64,000 nucleotides of DNA, from NCBI GenBank assembly GCA_902631265.1, contig CACOXX010000004.1, forward strand, positions 677-64,676, in the 5' to 3' direction. The notes beneath the pieces are model-generated. The model was not told the DNA's origin. It saw only the letters and a program-made list of their open reading frames with translations, and did no database searches. This document shows, in pieces, positions 63,287 to 64,000 of this stretch (positions are counted from its first letter, which is position 1; the number at the start of each line of letters is the position of its first letter). Source of the stretch: an uncultured Pelagibacteraceae bacterium. GTDB taxonomy: Bacteria; Pseudomonadota; Alphaproteobacteria; Pelagibacterales; Pelagibacteraceae. Position numbers and translations under genes: made by a program.

Positions 63287-63700
63287 CTAAATATTACCCA
63301 TTTTATTTAATATTTTCCAGCTTTTAGAGTCAATTGGCATTACTGATAATCTGCTTTGTTTAATAAGGGGTATTTCAGTTAAAGAGCCGTTTTTTTTAAT
63401 ATCCTCTAATTTAATGGGATTTTTTAATTTTTGTTTAAATCTTACCTTCACGGCCACAAACATCTTTTTTTTATCTGTTGGATCTAAGAAAGCTTCTTTT
63501 ATCACTTCTACAATACCAACAATTTCTTTTCCAATATTTGAATGGTAAAAAAAACAAAGATCACCGTTTTTCATTTTTTTCAAATTATTTCTTGCTTGAT
63601 AATTTCTTACACCGTCCCATATCGCTCCTTTGACACCTGCTTTTTCTTGTTGTGTAATTGACCAAACGTCTGGCTCTGACTTTATTAACCAATATTGCAT
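63287..63700 (-). CDS. EVE domain protein
   Basis: [30 protein letters not shown]. Confidence 0.94.
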   Translation of the reverse strand: MQYWLIKSEPDVWSITQQEKAGVKGAIWDGVRNYQARNNLKKMKNGDLCFFYHSNIGKEIVGIVEVIKEAFLDPTDKKKMFVAVKVRFKQKLKNPIKLEDIKKNGSLTEIPLIKQSRLSVMPIDSKSWKILNKMGNI

Positions 63701-63701
63701 T

Positions 63702-64000
63702 TTAAATTTTTACACCAGCGCCTTTAAGAAACTTTGCTTTATTGTCTAACTGCCATCTTGGATTCGCTTCAAAATTATGTTTATCAAATTTTTTCTTCTT
63801 GTACCTTTCCAGACCTGCTAGCGCAATCATCGCTGCGTTATCGGTACACAATTTTAAATCAGGAAAGTAAATTTTAAATTTTTCCTCTTGGCACAATTTT
63901 TTTAAAATATTTCTAATTTGTTTATTAGCAGCAACACCACCCGCAACTACCAAAGTTCTATTTTTTGGATAAAATTCCAAATGTTGTTCAATAGCTTTTT
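63702..64000 (-). CDS. tsaD: t6A tRNA modification protein TsaD, C-terminal part (5' end outside window)
   Basis: LVVAGGVAAN and LCTDNAAMIA motifs; frame open to the window end. Confidence 0.92.
   Translation of the reverse strand, partial: KAIEQHLEFYPKNRTLVVAGGVAANKQIRNILKKLCQEEKFKIYFPDLKLCTDNAAMIALAGLERYKKKKFDKHNFEANPRWQLDNKAKFLKGAGVKI

Noticed and set aside
63287-63700. EVE domain protein as a modification-dependent defence system
   Set aside because: Stand-alone EVE next to tsaD is ordinary alphaproteobacterial synteny, and no nuclease partner is present.
1-64000. CRISPR arrays, IS elements, prophage genes, rRNA, riboswitches
   Set aside because: No regularly spaced repeats, transposase, integrase or phage ORFs seen. 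The intergenic gaps are short and I recognised no structured-RNA motif by eye. A covariance-model scan would be needed to exclude small RNAs.

Overview
Very AT-rich (roughly 30% GC by eye), extremely gene-dense alphaproteobacterial chromosome segment, most consistent with a SAR11/Candidatus Pelagibacter-type genome (inferred from composition, gene order and near-zero intergenic gaps). It spans the probable replication origin (hemE-PDRP intergenic region with DnaA boxes), the mnmE-mnmG-rsmG-parAB locus with a perfect parS inside rsmG, grpE-dnaK-dnaJ, leuS-lptE-holA, hslUV, part of the his operon, ftsK, purH, a major porin, a tRNA-Gly(GCC) and an acetate uptake/activation locus. Most content is core housekeeping. 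I saw no IS, prophage or CRISPR array. Points of interest: an unannotated 35-aa ArfA-like ribosome-rescue ORF coupled to a receiver-degenerate CenR-like regulator; a second unannotated 56-aa membrane protein; a sulfotransferase plus SPINDLY-like GT41 cassette bounded by a direct repeat between rho and mnmE; HemG where HemJ is expected; a FkbM methyltransferase inserted with zero gaps in the his operon; and an acetyl-CoA synthetase with a protamine-like N-terminal tail next to uncharacterised genes. All calls come from reading motifs and synteny by eye. No database search was run.
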